Shown: positions 28,708 through 38,533 of the stretch, in pieces | Position numbering within the stretch: the stretch's first letter is position 1 | Layout: each line of letters begins with the position of its first letter | DNA from: Chitinophagaceae bacterium | Lineage (GTDB): Bacteria; Bacteroidota; Bacteroidia; Chitinophagales; Chitinophagaceae | Direction of reading: 5' to 3' | Assembly (NCBI GenBank): GCA_947448685.1 | Contig: CANFOP010000001.1 | Span: forward strand, 1-56,249 | DNA length: 56,249 nt | The notes under the pieces: generated by a model | Seen by the model: only the letters and a program-made list of their open reading frames with translations | What the model was told of the DNA's origin: nothing | Databases searched by the model: none | Translations under genes and position numbers: made by a program

Positions 28708-29965
28708 CAAAAAGAATATACTTGTTTTTCCCTGTGGCTCTGAAATTGGTTTAGAGATTCATCGCGCACTTGAATTTTCTATCCATTTCAATTTAATTGG
28801 TGCAAGCAGTGTAGATGATCATGGCAAATTTGTTTATGAGAATTATATTGGCAATCTGCCTTTCATAGATAACAATGATTTTATCACGGCAATAAAAAAA
28901 ATTGTAACAGAACAGAATATAGATGCCATTTATCCGACAATGGACTCGGTAATTACCCTGCTTAAAAAAAATGAAGCAGAAATTGGGTGTAAAGTAATTT
29001 CTTCTAAATTGGAGACAACAGAAATCTGTTTGTCTAAAAGAAAAACATACCAAATTTTAAAAGATAAAATTGCCACGCCGTTTTTATATAATTCAATTGA
29101 TGATATTAATTCTTTTCCTGTTTTTTTAAAACCGGATATAGGGTATGGTTCAAGAGGTGCTGTTAAGGCAAATGATGTTCAACAAGTGATAGCGCATTTA
29201 TCAAAATATTCCAATTGTATGATGATGGAATATTTGCCCGGAAAAGAATATACTGTTGATTGCTTCACCGATTTCAATGGAAAAATACTTTTTATAGGAT
29301 CGAGAGAAAGAAAAAGAATATCCAATGGAATTAGCGTAAATACAAAAACAATGCCGTTACAGGAGAAATTCAAGTCAATGGCCGAATCAATAAATGCTGA
29401 GTTGAAAATGAATGGCGCCTGGTTTTTTCAGGTAAAAGAAAATAAAAACGGAATGTTGATACTGATGGAGATTGCTTCAAGATTAGCCGGTTCATCCGGG
29501 GTTTACAGAGCTAAAGGAATCAATTTCGCAGCGATGTCTGTTTTTAATGCATTTGAAATACCGGTTTCTATTGTAGAAAATACATTTGAGGTAGAAATGG
29601 ATAGAGCATTAACGAACAGGTTTAAAATCAACATTCATTTTAATCATGTATATGTTGATTTTGATGATACATTATTAATCAACGGCAAAGTGAATGCCGG
29701 TCTTATTGGCATATTGTTTTCTTTCATTAATCAAGGAAAGAAAATATATTTAATAACAAAGCACGCAAAAGATATAAATGAGACACTTCATGAATATCGA
29801 TTATTAAATTTATTTGATGAAATTATTCATCTTAAGAAGTCAGATGAAAAATGGAAATTCATCAGACATAAAGATGCAATATTCATTGATGATTCGTTTG
29901 CGGAGAGAAAATCTGTATATGAAAAAAATAAAATCCCGGTTTTTGATAGCAATTATAACCAATGA
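28700..29965 (+). CDS. ATP-grasp protein with C-terminal HAD-like domain
   Basis: ATG at 28700 (MSNKKNILVFPCGSEIG); FPVFLKPDIGYGSRG, EYLPGKEYTVD, MEIASRLAG; C-terminal YVDFDDTL and FIDDS HAD motifs. Confidence 0.85.
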   Translation: MSNKKNILVFPCGSEIGLEIHRALEFSIHFNLIGASSVDDHGKFVYENYIGNLPFIDNNDFITAIKKIVTEQNIDAIYPTMDSVITLLKKNEAEIGCKVISSKLETTEICLSKRKTYQILKDKIATPFLYNSIDDINSFPVFLKPDIGYGSRGAVKANDVQQVIAHLSKYSNCMMMEYLPGKEYTVDCFTDFNGKILFIGSRERKRISNGISVNTKTMPLQEKFKSMAESINAELKMNGAWFFQVKENKNGMLILMEIASRLAGSSGVYRAKGINFAAMSVFNAFEIPVSIVENTFEVEMDRALTNRFKINIHFNHVYVDFDDTLLINGKVNAGLIGILFSFINQGKKIYLITKHAKDINETLHEYRLLNLFDEIIHLKKSDEKWKFIRHKDAIFIDDSFAERKSVYEKNKIPVFDSNYNQ

Positions 29966-30198
29966 AAAAAAGAACCATTTAGAACTAACTCCTTTTCAAA
30001 ACAAACGACCGGTTAAAAGGATCAAAAGAAAAAAGACTTGATAATGATTCCTACATAAATAAAAAATTCTAACCGACTGTAGTTTATTATTAAAACATCA
30101 AACGTATATCAAACAAGAGCTGGTAATGTACGCAGAATAATTTTTTTAAACATAATGCTTCCATTTTTTATTAACTGTGATTTATAATTAAACGTAAA

Positions 30199-30594
30199 AT
30201 GAAATCCAAAAAAGTAATTACCTATGGTACATTTGATCTTATACATAGAGGACATATTAACATCTTAAAAAGAGCAAAAGAGTTGGGAGATTATTTAATT
30301 GTGGGTATTTCATCTGATAGTTTTAATAATTTAAAAGACAAGCAATCTTATTATACGTATGAAGAACGTAAAGTGATTGTTGAATCTATAAGATATGTAG
30401 ATGAGGTTATTCCAGAAACATCCTGGGAGCAAAAAATTGAAGACATAAAAAAACACAACGTTGATGTTTTTGTAATGGGGGATGATTGGAAAAATAAATT
30501 TGATTTTCTAAAGCAGTACTGTGAAGTAGTTTATTTAAAAAGAACCGAGGGGATTTCTACTTCACAAATTAAATTAGATTTAAAAAATGAGTAG
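30199..30594 (+). CDS. tagD: Glycerol-3-phosphate cytidylyltransferase
   Basis: ITYGTFDLIHRGH, RYVDEVIPE, MGDDW, RTEGISTS. Confidence 0.93.
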   Translation: MKSKKVITYGTFDLIHRGHINILKRAKELGDYLIVGISSDSFNNLKDKQSYYTYEERKVIVESIRYVDEVIPETSWEQKIEDIKKHNVDVFVMGDDWKNKFDFLKQYCEVVYLKRTEGISTSQIKLDLKNE

Positions 30595-31855
30595 CGTTCT
30601 TTTCTATTTATTAAAAATATTTTTTTCTCCTTTTTTTCAAATGGCAGACCTAATAGTTCCGGTTAAAAAGAATTATTGGGGGTTTTCTGTACATCATATT
30701 AAATCTGATCAGTTTATTGAAAGCCAAAGAGCAGTTTTTGAAGAAATAAAAAAAGACAAAAAAATAAAAAAAATCTTATTTACAAGAAGCAAAAAAAAAG
30801 ATTTTAATATTGATGAGGCCGAAAATTATTTAGTAGTTAAACTCTTTTCTTTTAAAGGGTTTTTTTATGTTCTGCGATGTAACATTCTTTTCATTACCCA
30901 TTCTCTATCAATGGATTTCTCTTTAAGATTTGGTAAAAAAAAGTTTATCGTTCTAAAGTATAACATGAAAAAAAGACATGTAATTAATTTATGGCACGGA
31001 ATACCATACAAGAAACTATATGCTCTTTTAAATCCCAAAGTTAAAGAAAGACTCGATAGGGTCAAATTCAGAAGATATGAAAGGTCTATGTATAAAGCCT
31101 TGATTGCCTCATCAGACATTGATAGTTATGCCATGACTGTTATGTTTTATCCAATAAATTACAGTAACGTTTGGGTAACGGGTTTACCAAGGAATGATTT
31201 TTTGCTTAAACCAATAGAAGAGTTGCCTGAATATTTGAGAAATCAAATTAATATTGTTAAAAATCTAAAAGGCAATAAAAAACTAATTTTATATGCTCCT
31301 ACATACAGACAAACTGCCGCAGTTTCTTCAGCAGAGTATTATCAATTTACCACGCAAGAGATAGAGCAAATAAAAAGTTTATTAATTAAAAATAATGCAA
31401 TACTTGGTATTAGGCTGCACTATTTTAGAAACAATGAAAATTTATTTAACATCGAAAAATATATAGACAATCAATACATATTTGATTTGGGGCATAATGT
31501 AGCAACAGAAATAGCGCCTGTTGTAAGAGAATCGGATTTAATTATTTCAGACTATTCAAGTGTATTTATTGAAGCAATGTATTTAAATAAACCTTTGATA
31601 TCTTTTGCTTATGATTTTGATGATTATCAAAATCAACAAGAAGGAATGATATATGATTTTGATATAGCGTTTCCCGGACCGGTAGTAAATAACATCGATA
31701 ATCTATGTCATCAAATAGAAACTCAATTAAAACAAATCAATGACCCTAAAACTGAAAGGTATAAAATTGCTCAAAAGTTATTTTATAAATACATTGATAA
31801 TAACAATAGTAATAGAGTAGTCAATATGATTAAAAAAATAACGGATGTTTCGTAA
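30587..31855 (+). CDS. CDP-glycerol glycerophosphotransferase (TagB/TagF family)
   Basis: NLWHGIPYKK, TGLPRND, LYAPTYR, RLH, ISDYSS. Confidence 0.9.
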   Translation: MSSVLFYLLKIFFSPFFQMADLIVPVKKNYWGFSVHHIKSDQFIESQRAVFEEIKKDKKIKKILFTRSKKKDFNIDEAENYLVVKLFSFKGFFYVLRCNILFITHSLSMDFSLRFGKKKFIVLKYNMKKRHVINLWHGIPYKKLYALLNPKVKERLDRVKFRRYERSMYKALIASSDIDSYAMTVMFYPINYSNVWVTGLPRNDFLLKPIEELPEYLRNQINIVKNLKGNKKLILYAPTYRQTAAVSSAEYYQFTTQEIEQIKSLLIKNNAILGIRLHYFRNNENLFNIEKYIDNQYIFDLGHNVATEIAPVVRESDLIISDYSSVFIEAMYLNKPLISFAYDFDDYQNQQEGMIYDFDIAFPGPVVNNIDNLCHQIETQLKQINDPKTERYKIAQKLFYKYIDNNNSNRVVNMIKKITDVS

Positions 31856-32837
31856 TAAAGGGTTACAAACAAGATTTGAACTACTTAAAAAATTAGAATT
31901 TAAAACATCGAACGAAAATGTTATTTGCCAAAATCCAATTGTATCTGTTTCTGTAGCAACTTATCAACATGGTAATTTTATAGAAAATTGCTTAAACGGA
32001 ATATTAAATCAACAAACAAATTTTCCATTTGAAATTGTAATTGGCGAAGATGAATCTACAGACGGAACCAGAGATATTTGTATTGAATACGCAAAAAAAC
32101 ATTCCGATAAAATAAGACTTTTACTCAGAGATAGAAAAATATCTTGCATACATAAAAAAAATGGAAACTTAATTAATAGTTTTAATGGGATTTTTACAAC
32201 AAAAAGTTGCAGAGGAAAATATATAGCGCTTTGCGAAGGCGATGATTATTGGACAGACCCCTACAAATTGCAAAAGCAATTTGATTTTTTAGAAAACAAT
32301 CCATCGTATTCGGGATGCTATCATGATACCATGGTCACTTATATAAATCATGACAAGCCTGAACATTTGTTTAGAGAGCAACTTCCTCAAGTTATAAATG
32401 CGGCGGATACGATTGCATTGTTTGCGCCATTTCATACATCGTCTTTTATGTTCAAAAAAGAATCTTACACGTTTGAGCCTTTTCTTTTAAAAGTTAAAAG
32501 TAGGGATATGGCACTTTTCTCTATTGTTGCATCAAAAGGAATGCTGGGAAAAGTAAATGGAGTCATGAGTGTATATAGAAAACACGAAGGTGGTATAACT
32601 AATTCAATCATTCACAAAAAATCCTTTCATAAAGACAGAATTGAATTAGTCAAATTTCTAAACCGATTTCATCAGTTCAAATACACAGATAAAGCAAAGC
32701 AGGTCATTGCTGTTCGAAGGCAAATAATCAGAGAGCAGAGAAATAACAACATGTTATTGGTATCTATAAAAAAAACATTGTCGGTTTGTAAAAAAGCAGT
32801 CGAAAAGAGCCTTAAGAAAATGATACCGCAAAAATAA
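31845..32837 (+). CDS. Glycosyltransferase family 2
   Basis: VATYQH, GEDESTDGT, YIALCEGDDYWTDPYKLQKQ, YRKHEGG. Confidence 0.93.
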   Translation: MFRNKGLQTRFELLKKLEFKTSNENVICQNPIVSVSVATYQHGNFIENCLNGILNQQTNFPFEIVIGEDESTDGTRDICIEYAKKHSDKIRLLLRDRKISCIHKKNGNLINSFNGIFTTKSCRGKYIALCEGDDYWTDPYKLQKQFDFLENNPSYSGCYHDTMVTYINHDKPEHLFREQLPQVINAADTIALFAPFHTSSFMFKKESYTFEPFLLKVKSRDMALFSIVASKGMLGKVNGVMSVYRKHEGGITNSIIHKKSFHKDRIELVKFLNRFHQFKYTDKAKQVIAVRRQIIREQRNNNMLLVSIKKTLSVCKKAVEKSLKKMIPQK

Positions 32838-32838
32838 A

Positions 32839-33912
32839 ATGCGTACGTTAATTTTATTAAATACTAATAAACTACCAGGGTCCGAAACATTCATTCAGCA
32901 GCACATTAACAATATTGCTTTCAAAACATTGAACTTGTATTATTATGGCAAACCCGACTTTATTGAAAAAGAAGGTTGGCTAAAAAAAATGCAGGAATAT
33001 GTGCTGACTACTTTAAACTATTTAAAATTTAGAAAAACAATAAAAGAAAATAAAATTCAAGTAGTGCTTGCAGAATATGGAATGGTTGGCGCAGATGCTG
33101 TTCAATACTGTATTCGCATGAATATTCCGTTGGTTGTTCATTTTCACGGTCATGATGCTCATCGTAAAACAATCCTTGAAAAATATAAAATAAGGTACAA
33201 GAAGATGTTTGAATATGCATCTTCAATAGTGGTGGTATCAAAGAAAATGCAACAAGCAGTCATTGACTTGGGAGCACCTGAACATAAGGTAGTATTAAAT
33301 GTATACGGTGTAAATATCGTTGATTTTATACCTGACGAATCGAATCGAAAAAAACTACAACTTTTTGCAGTAGGAAGATTTGTTGATAAGAAAGCCCCCT
33401 ATTTACTGATTCTTAGTTTTGAAAAAGTACTTCAACAATTTCCTGCAGCAAAATTATTTATTGCTGGCAGCGGTTATCTTTTTGAAGCATGTCAAAGAAT
33501 CATTAATGCCAAGAATCTGAATAATTCTATTTTTCTAATGGGAGAGTTGTCTCATCAAGAGGTAGTAAAAATGATGAAGGAAAGTGTTGTCTTTTTACAA
33601 CATTCCGTTGAAGCATTTGATGGGGATTCCGAGGGTACGCCTAATTCAATTCTTGAGGCCAGTGCAGCAGCACTGCCTATTGTGGCCACAAAACATGCCG
33701 GCATAGCAGATGTTATTCAAGACAACAAAACAGGGTTATTGGTGGAAGAAGGCGATATAGATTCAATGACAGAAAAAATAAATTATTTGTTATCTCATCC
33801 CGATGCTAGTATAGAAATGGGAAATCAGGCGAGAAAAAATATTGAATTGAATTTTAGTATGAATGAAAGTATTCAAAACCTTAAATATATTCTTGCTAAC
33901 AGTATAAATTAA
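32839..33912 (+). CDS. Glycosyltransferase family 4 (WcaL/AmsK-like)
   Basis: SETFI, VHFHGHD, VGRFVDKK, DGDSEGTPNSILEA, TKHAGI. Confidence 0.92.
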   Translation: MRTLILLNTNKLPGSETFIQQHINNIAFKTLNLYYYGKPDFIEKEGWLKKMQEYVLTTLNYLKFRKTIKENKIQVVLAEYGMVGADAVQYCIRMNIPLVVHFHGHDAHRKTILEKYKIRYKKMFEYASSIVVVSKKMQQAVIDLGAPEHKVVLNVYGVNIVDFIPDESNRKKLQLFAVGRFVDKKAPYLLILSFEKVLQQFPAAKLFIAGSGYLFEACQRIINAKNLNNSIFLMGELSHQEVVKMMKESVVFLQHSVEAFDGDSEGTPNSILEASAAALPIVATKHAGIADVIQDNKTGLLVEEGDIDSMTEKINYLLSHPDASIEMGNQARKNIELNFSMNESIQNLKYILANSIN

Positions 33913-34007
33913 GTAAAAGATTTTTGTTTCAATGTGTTGCATTATCATAATTATTTTTTCCTTGATAATGTAGAAATAAAATAAATTCTCAAAAATTCTA
34001 TTAATAA

Positions 34008-35279
34008 ATGTCTAATCTATCAGTAAAAGTTGAAGACCTTTCGAAACTTTATCGTTTGGGAGATGTAGGTAGGGGTACAATTAAAGATGACCTTAACAGA
34101 TTTTGGCACAAAATAAGAGGAAAGGAAGACCCCTTTTTAAAAATAGGTCATATAAATGATAGAACCAACAAGGAGTCGATGGATTTTGTTTGGGCACTGA
34201 AAGATATCAGTTTTGAGGTTAATGAAGGCGAAGTAATAGGCATTATTGGTCGAAATGGAGCAGGCAAAAGCACCTTGCTGAAAATTATCACTAAAATCAC
34301 TTCACCAACAACCGGTAAAGTAAATATCAAAGGTAGAATTGCCAGTTTATTGGAAGTAGGTACAGGTTTTCATCCTGATCTTACAGGCAGAGAAAATGTA
34401 TTTATGAATGGTGCTATTCTGGGTATGCGAAAGTGGGAAATCCAAAAAAAGTTTGATCAAATTGTAGATTTTGCTGGAGTGGCGGCTTATATAGATACAC
34501 CTGTAAAAAGGTATAGCAGTGGAATGATTGTAAGGTTAGGGTTTGCAGTAGCAGCCTACCTGGAACCCGAGATATTAATTGTCGATGAGGTGCTGGCTGT
34601 CGGTGATGTTGAGTTTCAAAAAAAATGTCTTAACAGAATGAGAGACATCAGTAAAAATGATGGAAGGACGGTATTATTTGTAAGTCACAATATGGCTGCT
34701 GTCAGAACGCTTTGCAGTAAAGCGGTTTTGCTAAACCAAGGAGGCGTTGAGTTTATTGGAGATACCGCGAAATGTATTGGAATGTACCTGGGAGAAGAAA
34801 ATAAAGGATATTCTAATGTTAAAAAGTATGATCTGTTTTCCAAAGACAAATCATTTCAGTTAACGCAAATTTCAATCAAAGCAAAACAGTCTGAACTTCA
34901 GGAGCCATTGGTTGAAAATGACACTATTGAGTTGATGGCAGATTTTGAAATATATGATGAATCTCCTGACAGGTACCACGTTACTTATCATCTCAATAAT
35001 CAGGTAGGGGAAGCCCTTTTTTCTTTTTCAACTTCTCAAAAAATAACTCTATTGAAAGGAAAAAACAGATTAACCTGTTTTTTTCCTGAGAATTTTTTTC
35101 AATCGGGCAATTATTGTTTGTCTCTGTTTATAATTAAAGACAGACAACAAGCTATTTTGGTAGAGAAAGAGATTTTCCCCTTCACTATTGTAGACAGAAG
35201 CAGAGAAATAGGCGTATACATGGGACGTGAACCCGGATACATCAGACCTCAATTTGTATGGGAAAACAAATCGATTTAA
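34008..35279 (+). CDS. wzt: Polysaccharide ABC transporter ATPase with C-terminal Wzt_C-like domain
   Basis: GRNGAGKST, LLEVGTGF, YSSGM, ILIVDEVLAVGD, VSH; about 150-aa beta-rich C-terminal extension. Confidence 0.95.
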   Translation: MSNLSVKVEDLSKLYRLGDVGRGTIKDDLNRFWHKIRGKEDPFLKIGHINDRTNKESMDFVWALKDISFEVNEGEVIGIIGRNGAGKSTLLKIITKITSPTTGKVNIKGRIASLLEVGTGFHPDLTGRENVFMNGAILGMRKWEIQKKFDQIVDFAGVAAYIDTPVKRYSSGMIVRLGFAVAAYLEPEILIVDEVLAVGDVEFQKKCLNRMRDISKNDGRTVLFVSHNMAAVRTLCSKAVLLNQGGVEFIGDTAKCIGMYLGEENKGYSNVKKYDLFSKDKSFQLTQISIKAKQSELQEPLVENDTIELMADFEIYDESPDRYHVTYHLNNQVGEALFSFSTSQKITLLKGKNRLTCFFPENFFQSGNYCLSLFIIKDRQQAILVEKEIFPFTIVDRSREIGVYMGREPGYIRPQFVWENKSI

Positions 35280-35284
35280 AAGAA

Positions 35285-36358
35285 ATGAACATGCTGATTC
35301 TTTTAAATAAAAACAATGTGTCTGTATCAGAAACTTTTATACAATCCCATATTGATTATTTTAATGCCCAAATCCAAAATATTTATAACTATACCCATCC
35401 GATTCAAACAAAGAAGAAGTCAAAACTGGCTAAGTTATATTATTACTTTAAAGAAATAATCGGGCAACATAATTTTAAAAGATATATACACAAACATAAA
35501 ATAAACATTGTGCTGGCCGAGTATGGTATGGTTGGTGCAGATGCTCTGAAATTGTGCAAACAAAACAAACTCCCACTAATCGTACATTTTCACGGATACG
35601 ATGCACACAGAAAAGCCTTGATTGATCAGTACTCAAAATCCTATAAAGAACTTTTTGATTATGCAAAATTGATGGTTGCGGTTTCAACCAAAATGTATGA
35701 TCAATTAATAAAAATAGGTTCTCCGGCAGAAAAGACTATTATAAATGTATATGGTGTAAACACCCATAAATTTTCTAAAAAAGATCTTATCAGCGCCAAT
35801 AAAAAAATAATTGCAGTTGGAAGGTTTGTAGACAAAAAGGCACCTTACCTTACAATACTCGCATTTGAAATTGTACTAAAGAAGCACCCTGATGCGATAT
35901 TGTATTTCATAGGTGATGGTTATTTGTTTGAAACTTGTAAAAGAATAACCAAGGCCAATAAAATTGACTCATCAGTGATATTTTTAGGAGAACAGAATCA
36001 GGAGGAAGTGAAAAAGTATATGGAAAACTGTTCAATATATGTTCAACATTCTGTTGAATCATTTGATGGTGATTCAGAAGGAACACCCGTAAGTGTTTTG
36101 GAAGCCTGTTCTTTAGGGTTGGCTGTGGTAGCGACAAGTCATGCAGGTATTGCTGATGTTATTGTTCACGAAGAAAATGGTTTGTTGATTAAGGAGGGAG
36201 ATGTGAATACTATGGCAGCAAACATCATCAGCCTATTAGAAAATCCACAACGTATTGTTCATTTGGGTCAAAAAGCCAGGCGAACAATAGAAGAAAGGTA
36301 TACCTTAGAAACGAGTCTGGCAAGATTGGAAAAGTCAATCAAAAAAGCAATAGTATAA
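35285..36358 (+). CDS. Glycosyltransferase family 4 (paralog of 32839-33912)
   Basis: Same motifs (SETFIQSH, VLAEYGMVGADA, VGRFVDKKAPYL, FDGDSEGTP); ATG at 35285 aligns with the paralog's start. Confidence 0.92.
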   Translation: MNMLILLNKNNVSVSETFIQSHIDYFNAQIQNIYNYTHPIQTKKKSKLAKLYYYFKEIIGQHNFKRYIHKHKINIVLAEYGMVGADALKLCKQNKLPLIVHFHGYDAHRKALIDQYSKSYKELFDYAKLMVAVSTKMYDQLIKIGSPAEKTIINVYGVNTHKFSKKDLISANKKIIAVGRFVDKKAPYLTILAFEIVLKKHPDAILYFIGDGYLFETCKRITKANKIDSSVIFLGEQNQEEVKKYMENCSIYVQHSVESFDGDSEGTPVSVLEACSLGLAVVATSHAGIADVIVHEENGLLIKEGDVNTMAANIISLLENPQRIVHLGQKARRTIEERYTLETSLARLEKSIKKAIV

Positions 36359-36363
36359 TATGA

Positions 36364-37323
36364 TTGTTGATGAATGATATTCAATTGAAAATTTCCACTA
36401 TCATTCCGGTTTATAATGCGCAGCAATTTCTTAAGAAAGCTGTTGAATCAGTATTGCAATTTGACGAGGTAACAGAAATAATTTTGATTGAGGATGGATC
36501 GAAAGATAATTCCTATGACGTATGCAGGGAGTTGGAATTAACAAACAGCAAAGTAAAACTATTTCGTCATCCTAATGGATTAAATAAAGGAGCCGGCGCA
36601 AGCAGAAATCTGGGCATTCTAAAGGCTACAGGAGAATATATATCTTTTCTTGATGCCGATGACTATTATCTGCCCAATCGGTTTGACTTCGAAAGAAATA
36701 TCTTTAATCAAAATAAAAATGCGGATGCCGTTTATGGCGCATTGGGTGTTATTTTTTATTCCGATGCAGCCAAAAATAAATTCAAGAAAGTTTTTTCATA
36801 TAATCAATCCCCTGACAATTTTTTGACCACTATATCTTCGGATGTTAAACCGGAAGAGTTATTTGAAAATTTATCAGGAATAAAAAAAAGCTCCGGCTAT
36901 TTTCATCTAGATTGTTTGACTATTAAGTCTTTTGCATTGAAAAAACTGGACTATTGGTTTAATGAAAAACTAAATCTTCATCAGGATACTGAGTTTATAA
37001 TTAGATTATCCTACCACCTGAATATTGTTTCAGGAAATATTAAAAATCAAATTGCAAAAAGAGGAGTTCACGATTTTAACAGAATCACGCAAGTAAATGT
37101 TCATAGTCTGCATTACAATTTGAACAAGTATAAATTATTTAGTAGTCTTTACGACTGGTCAAAAAATAACAAATTAGATCATAAGTATCAGGAACATTTC
37201 AAATCAGTCAAAAAAAACTATCTGTTCAACGTTTTATGGCCAGTAAATAATAAAGCATCTTTTAAAAAAAGAGTATCTAATTTGTTCAAAAAAATATTGC
37301 AACATAAAATAAATACCAAGTAA
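36364..37323 (+). CDS. Glycosyltransferase family 2
   Basis: IIPVYN, IEDGSKD, GAGASRNLG, FLDADD, HQDTE. Confidence 0.92.
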   Translation: MLMNDIQLKISTIIPVYNAQQFLKKAVESVLQFDEVTEIILIEDGSKDNSYDVCRELELTNSKVKLFRHPNGLNKGAGASRNLGILKATGEYISFLDADDYYLPNRFDFERNIFNQNKNADAVYGALGVIFYSDAAKNKFKKVFSYNQSPDNFLTTISSDVKPEELFENLSGIKKSSGYFHLDCLTIKSFALKKLDYWFNEKLNLHQDTEFIIRLSYHLNIVSGNIKNQIAKRGVHDFNRITQVNVHSLHYNLNKYKLFSSLYDWSKNNKLDHKYQEHFKSVKKNYLFNVLWPVNNKASFKKRVSNLFKKILQHKINTK

Positions 37324-37328
37324 AATCA

Positions 37329-38519
37329 TTGAACACCAGCAGCAAAAAATTAAAAGTTCTAAAATTTGACTTACTGTATCCTGAAGAATATTTTAAGGAG
37401 GTTCAGAAGGAAAACTCAGCACTAATTGACAAAATGAATCTCTATGAATATGTCGATTGGATTCATCAACAAAAAATGGGTTATGGAGAAGTCATTACCA
37501 ATGAATTTCGCAGAGAAGGATGGGAGGTATTGGATTATTATTTTCAGGACATTGTTTATTTCAACAAGGTAAAGAAGCATTCGGGAATTAGGCTTTCCCC
37601 CTTTGATTTTTTTTCTAAAAAGAAAAGAAGAGCCTACAATCACGCCACTCTGAAAGATATCTTCAATTCGTTTACCGATAAGTTCACAAGAGACTGGATA
37701 TTGGGAGAGGCGTATGCTTGGAGGTTTATAGAGTATTACAAACCTGATATCATTTTTATCAGAGAGCCAATTGGAATGAGTAATTTGATGTTTGAAGGAT
37801 TGAAAAAAAAATATTTTATAGTTTCTCTTGTGGGTTGCAATATGGTAGGGCTTAAAAACTGGAGAATGGATTTTTCCAATTTGATATTTACGTTGTTTCC
37901 GGAATATAAAAATTATTTCAACGCAAACGGAATCGATTCCGAACTTTTTGAATATGGAGGTGTAGAACTTGAAAAATATACAGGTCCTAAAAAGTATGAT
38001 GTGACTTTTATTGGTGTTTTGGGTACAAAGGTTCAACTTCAAAAAACCGAGTTGTTTGAAAAGATAGCATCCTCAGTAGATTTTAAATGGTGGGGCATTA
38101 AAGGAGAAATGCTGGAAAAATTTCCTAATCTGATAAGAACATGGCAAGGATATGCAGCAGGAACTAAAATGTTTGACATTTATCAGCAATCGAAAATTGT
38201 TGTAAATGATTATCCTTTTAACGCAAAAGGCGGCGCTTCCAATATCAGGATAAAAGAGGTGTTGAGTTCTGGAAGCCTCTTGCTTACAAGATATTCAAAA
38301 GACCTTGAAAAATATGAGTCAATGGGAGTATTAACATCATTTATTGATGCAGATGACTGTTTAAAAAAAGTTGATTATTTTTTGAAAAACGAAATAGAAA
38401 GAGAAGAAATTGCTGCAAAGGGATATCAGTTGTCAAAAAGTGAATTCGCTGGAAGAAAAGCCATGAGGCCAATAATCGAAACAATTAAAAACCGGTTTGA
38501 GTTCAACTCAAAAATCTAG
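37329..38519 (+). CDS. CgeB-like GT-B glycosyltransferase (Glyco_trans_1_2)
   Basis: KYDVTFIG, YQQSKIVVN, NIRIKEVLSSGSLLLT, EREEIAAKG. Confidence 0.78.
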   Translation: MNTSSKKLKVLKFDLLYPEEYFKEVQKENSALIDKMNLYEYVDWIHQQKMGYGEVITNEFRREGWEVLDYYFQDIVYFNKVKKHSGIRLSPFDFFSKKKRRAYNHATLKDIFNSFTDKFTRDWILGEAYAWRFIEYYKPDIIFIREPIGMSNLMFEGLKKKYFIVSLVGCNMVGLKNWRMDFSNLIFTLFPEYKNYFNANGIDSELFEYGGVELEKYTGPKKYDVTFIGVLGTKVQLQKTELFEKIASSVDFKWWGIKGEMLEKFPNLIRTWQGYAAGTKMFDIYQQSKIVVNDYPFNAKGGASNIRIKEVLSSGSLLLTRYSKDLEKYESMGVLTSFIDADDCLKKVDYFLKNEIEREEIAAKGYQLSKSEFAGRKAMRPIIETIKNRFEFNSKI

Positions 38520-38533
38520 CCATTAAGTTATTT

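Noticed and set aside
37422-38042. 206-aa antisense ORF and the many other short overlapping ORFs in the track
   Set aside because: They are shadows of well-supported genes and carry no recognisable motifs.
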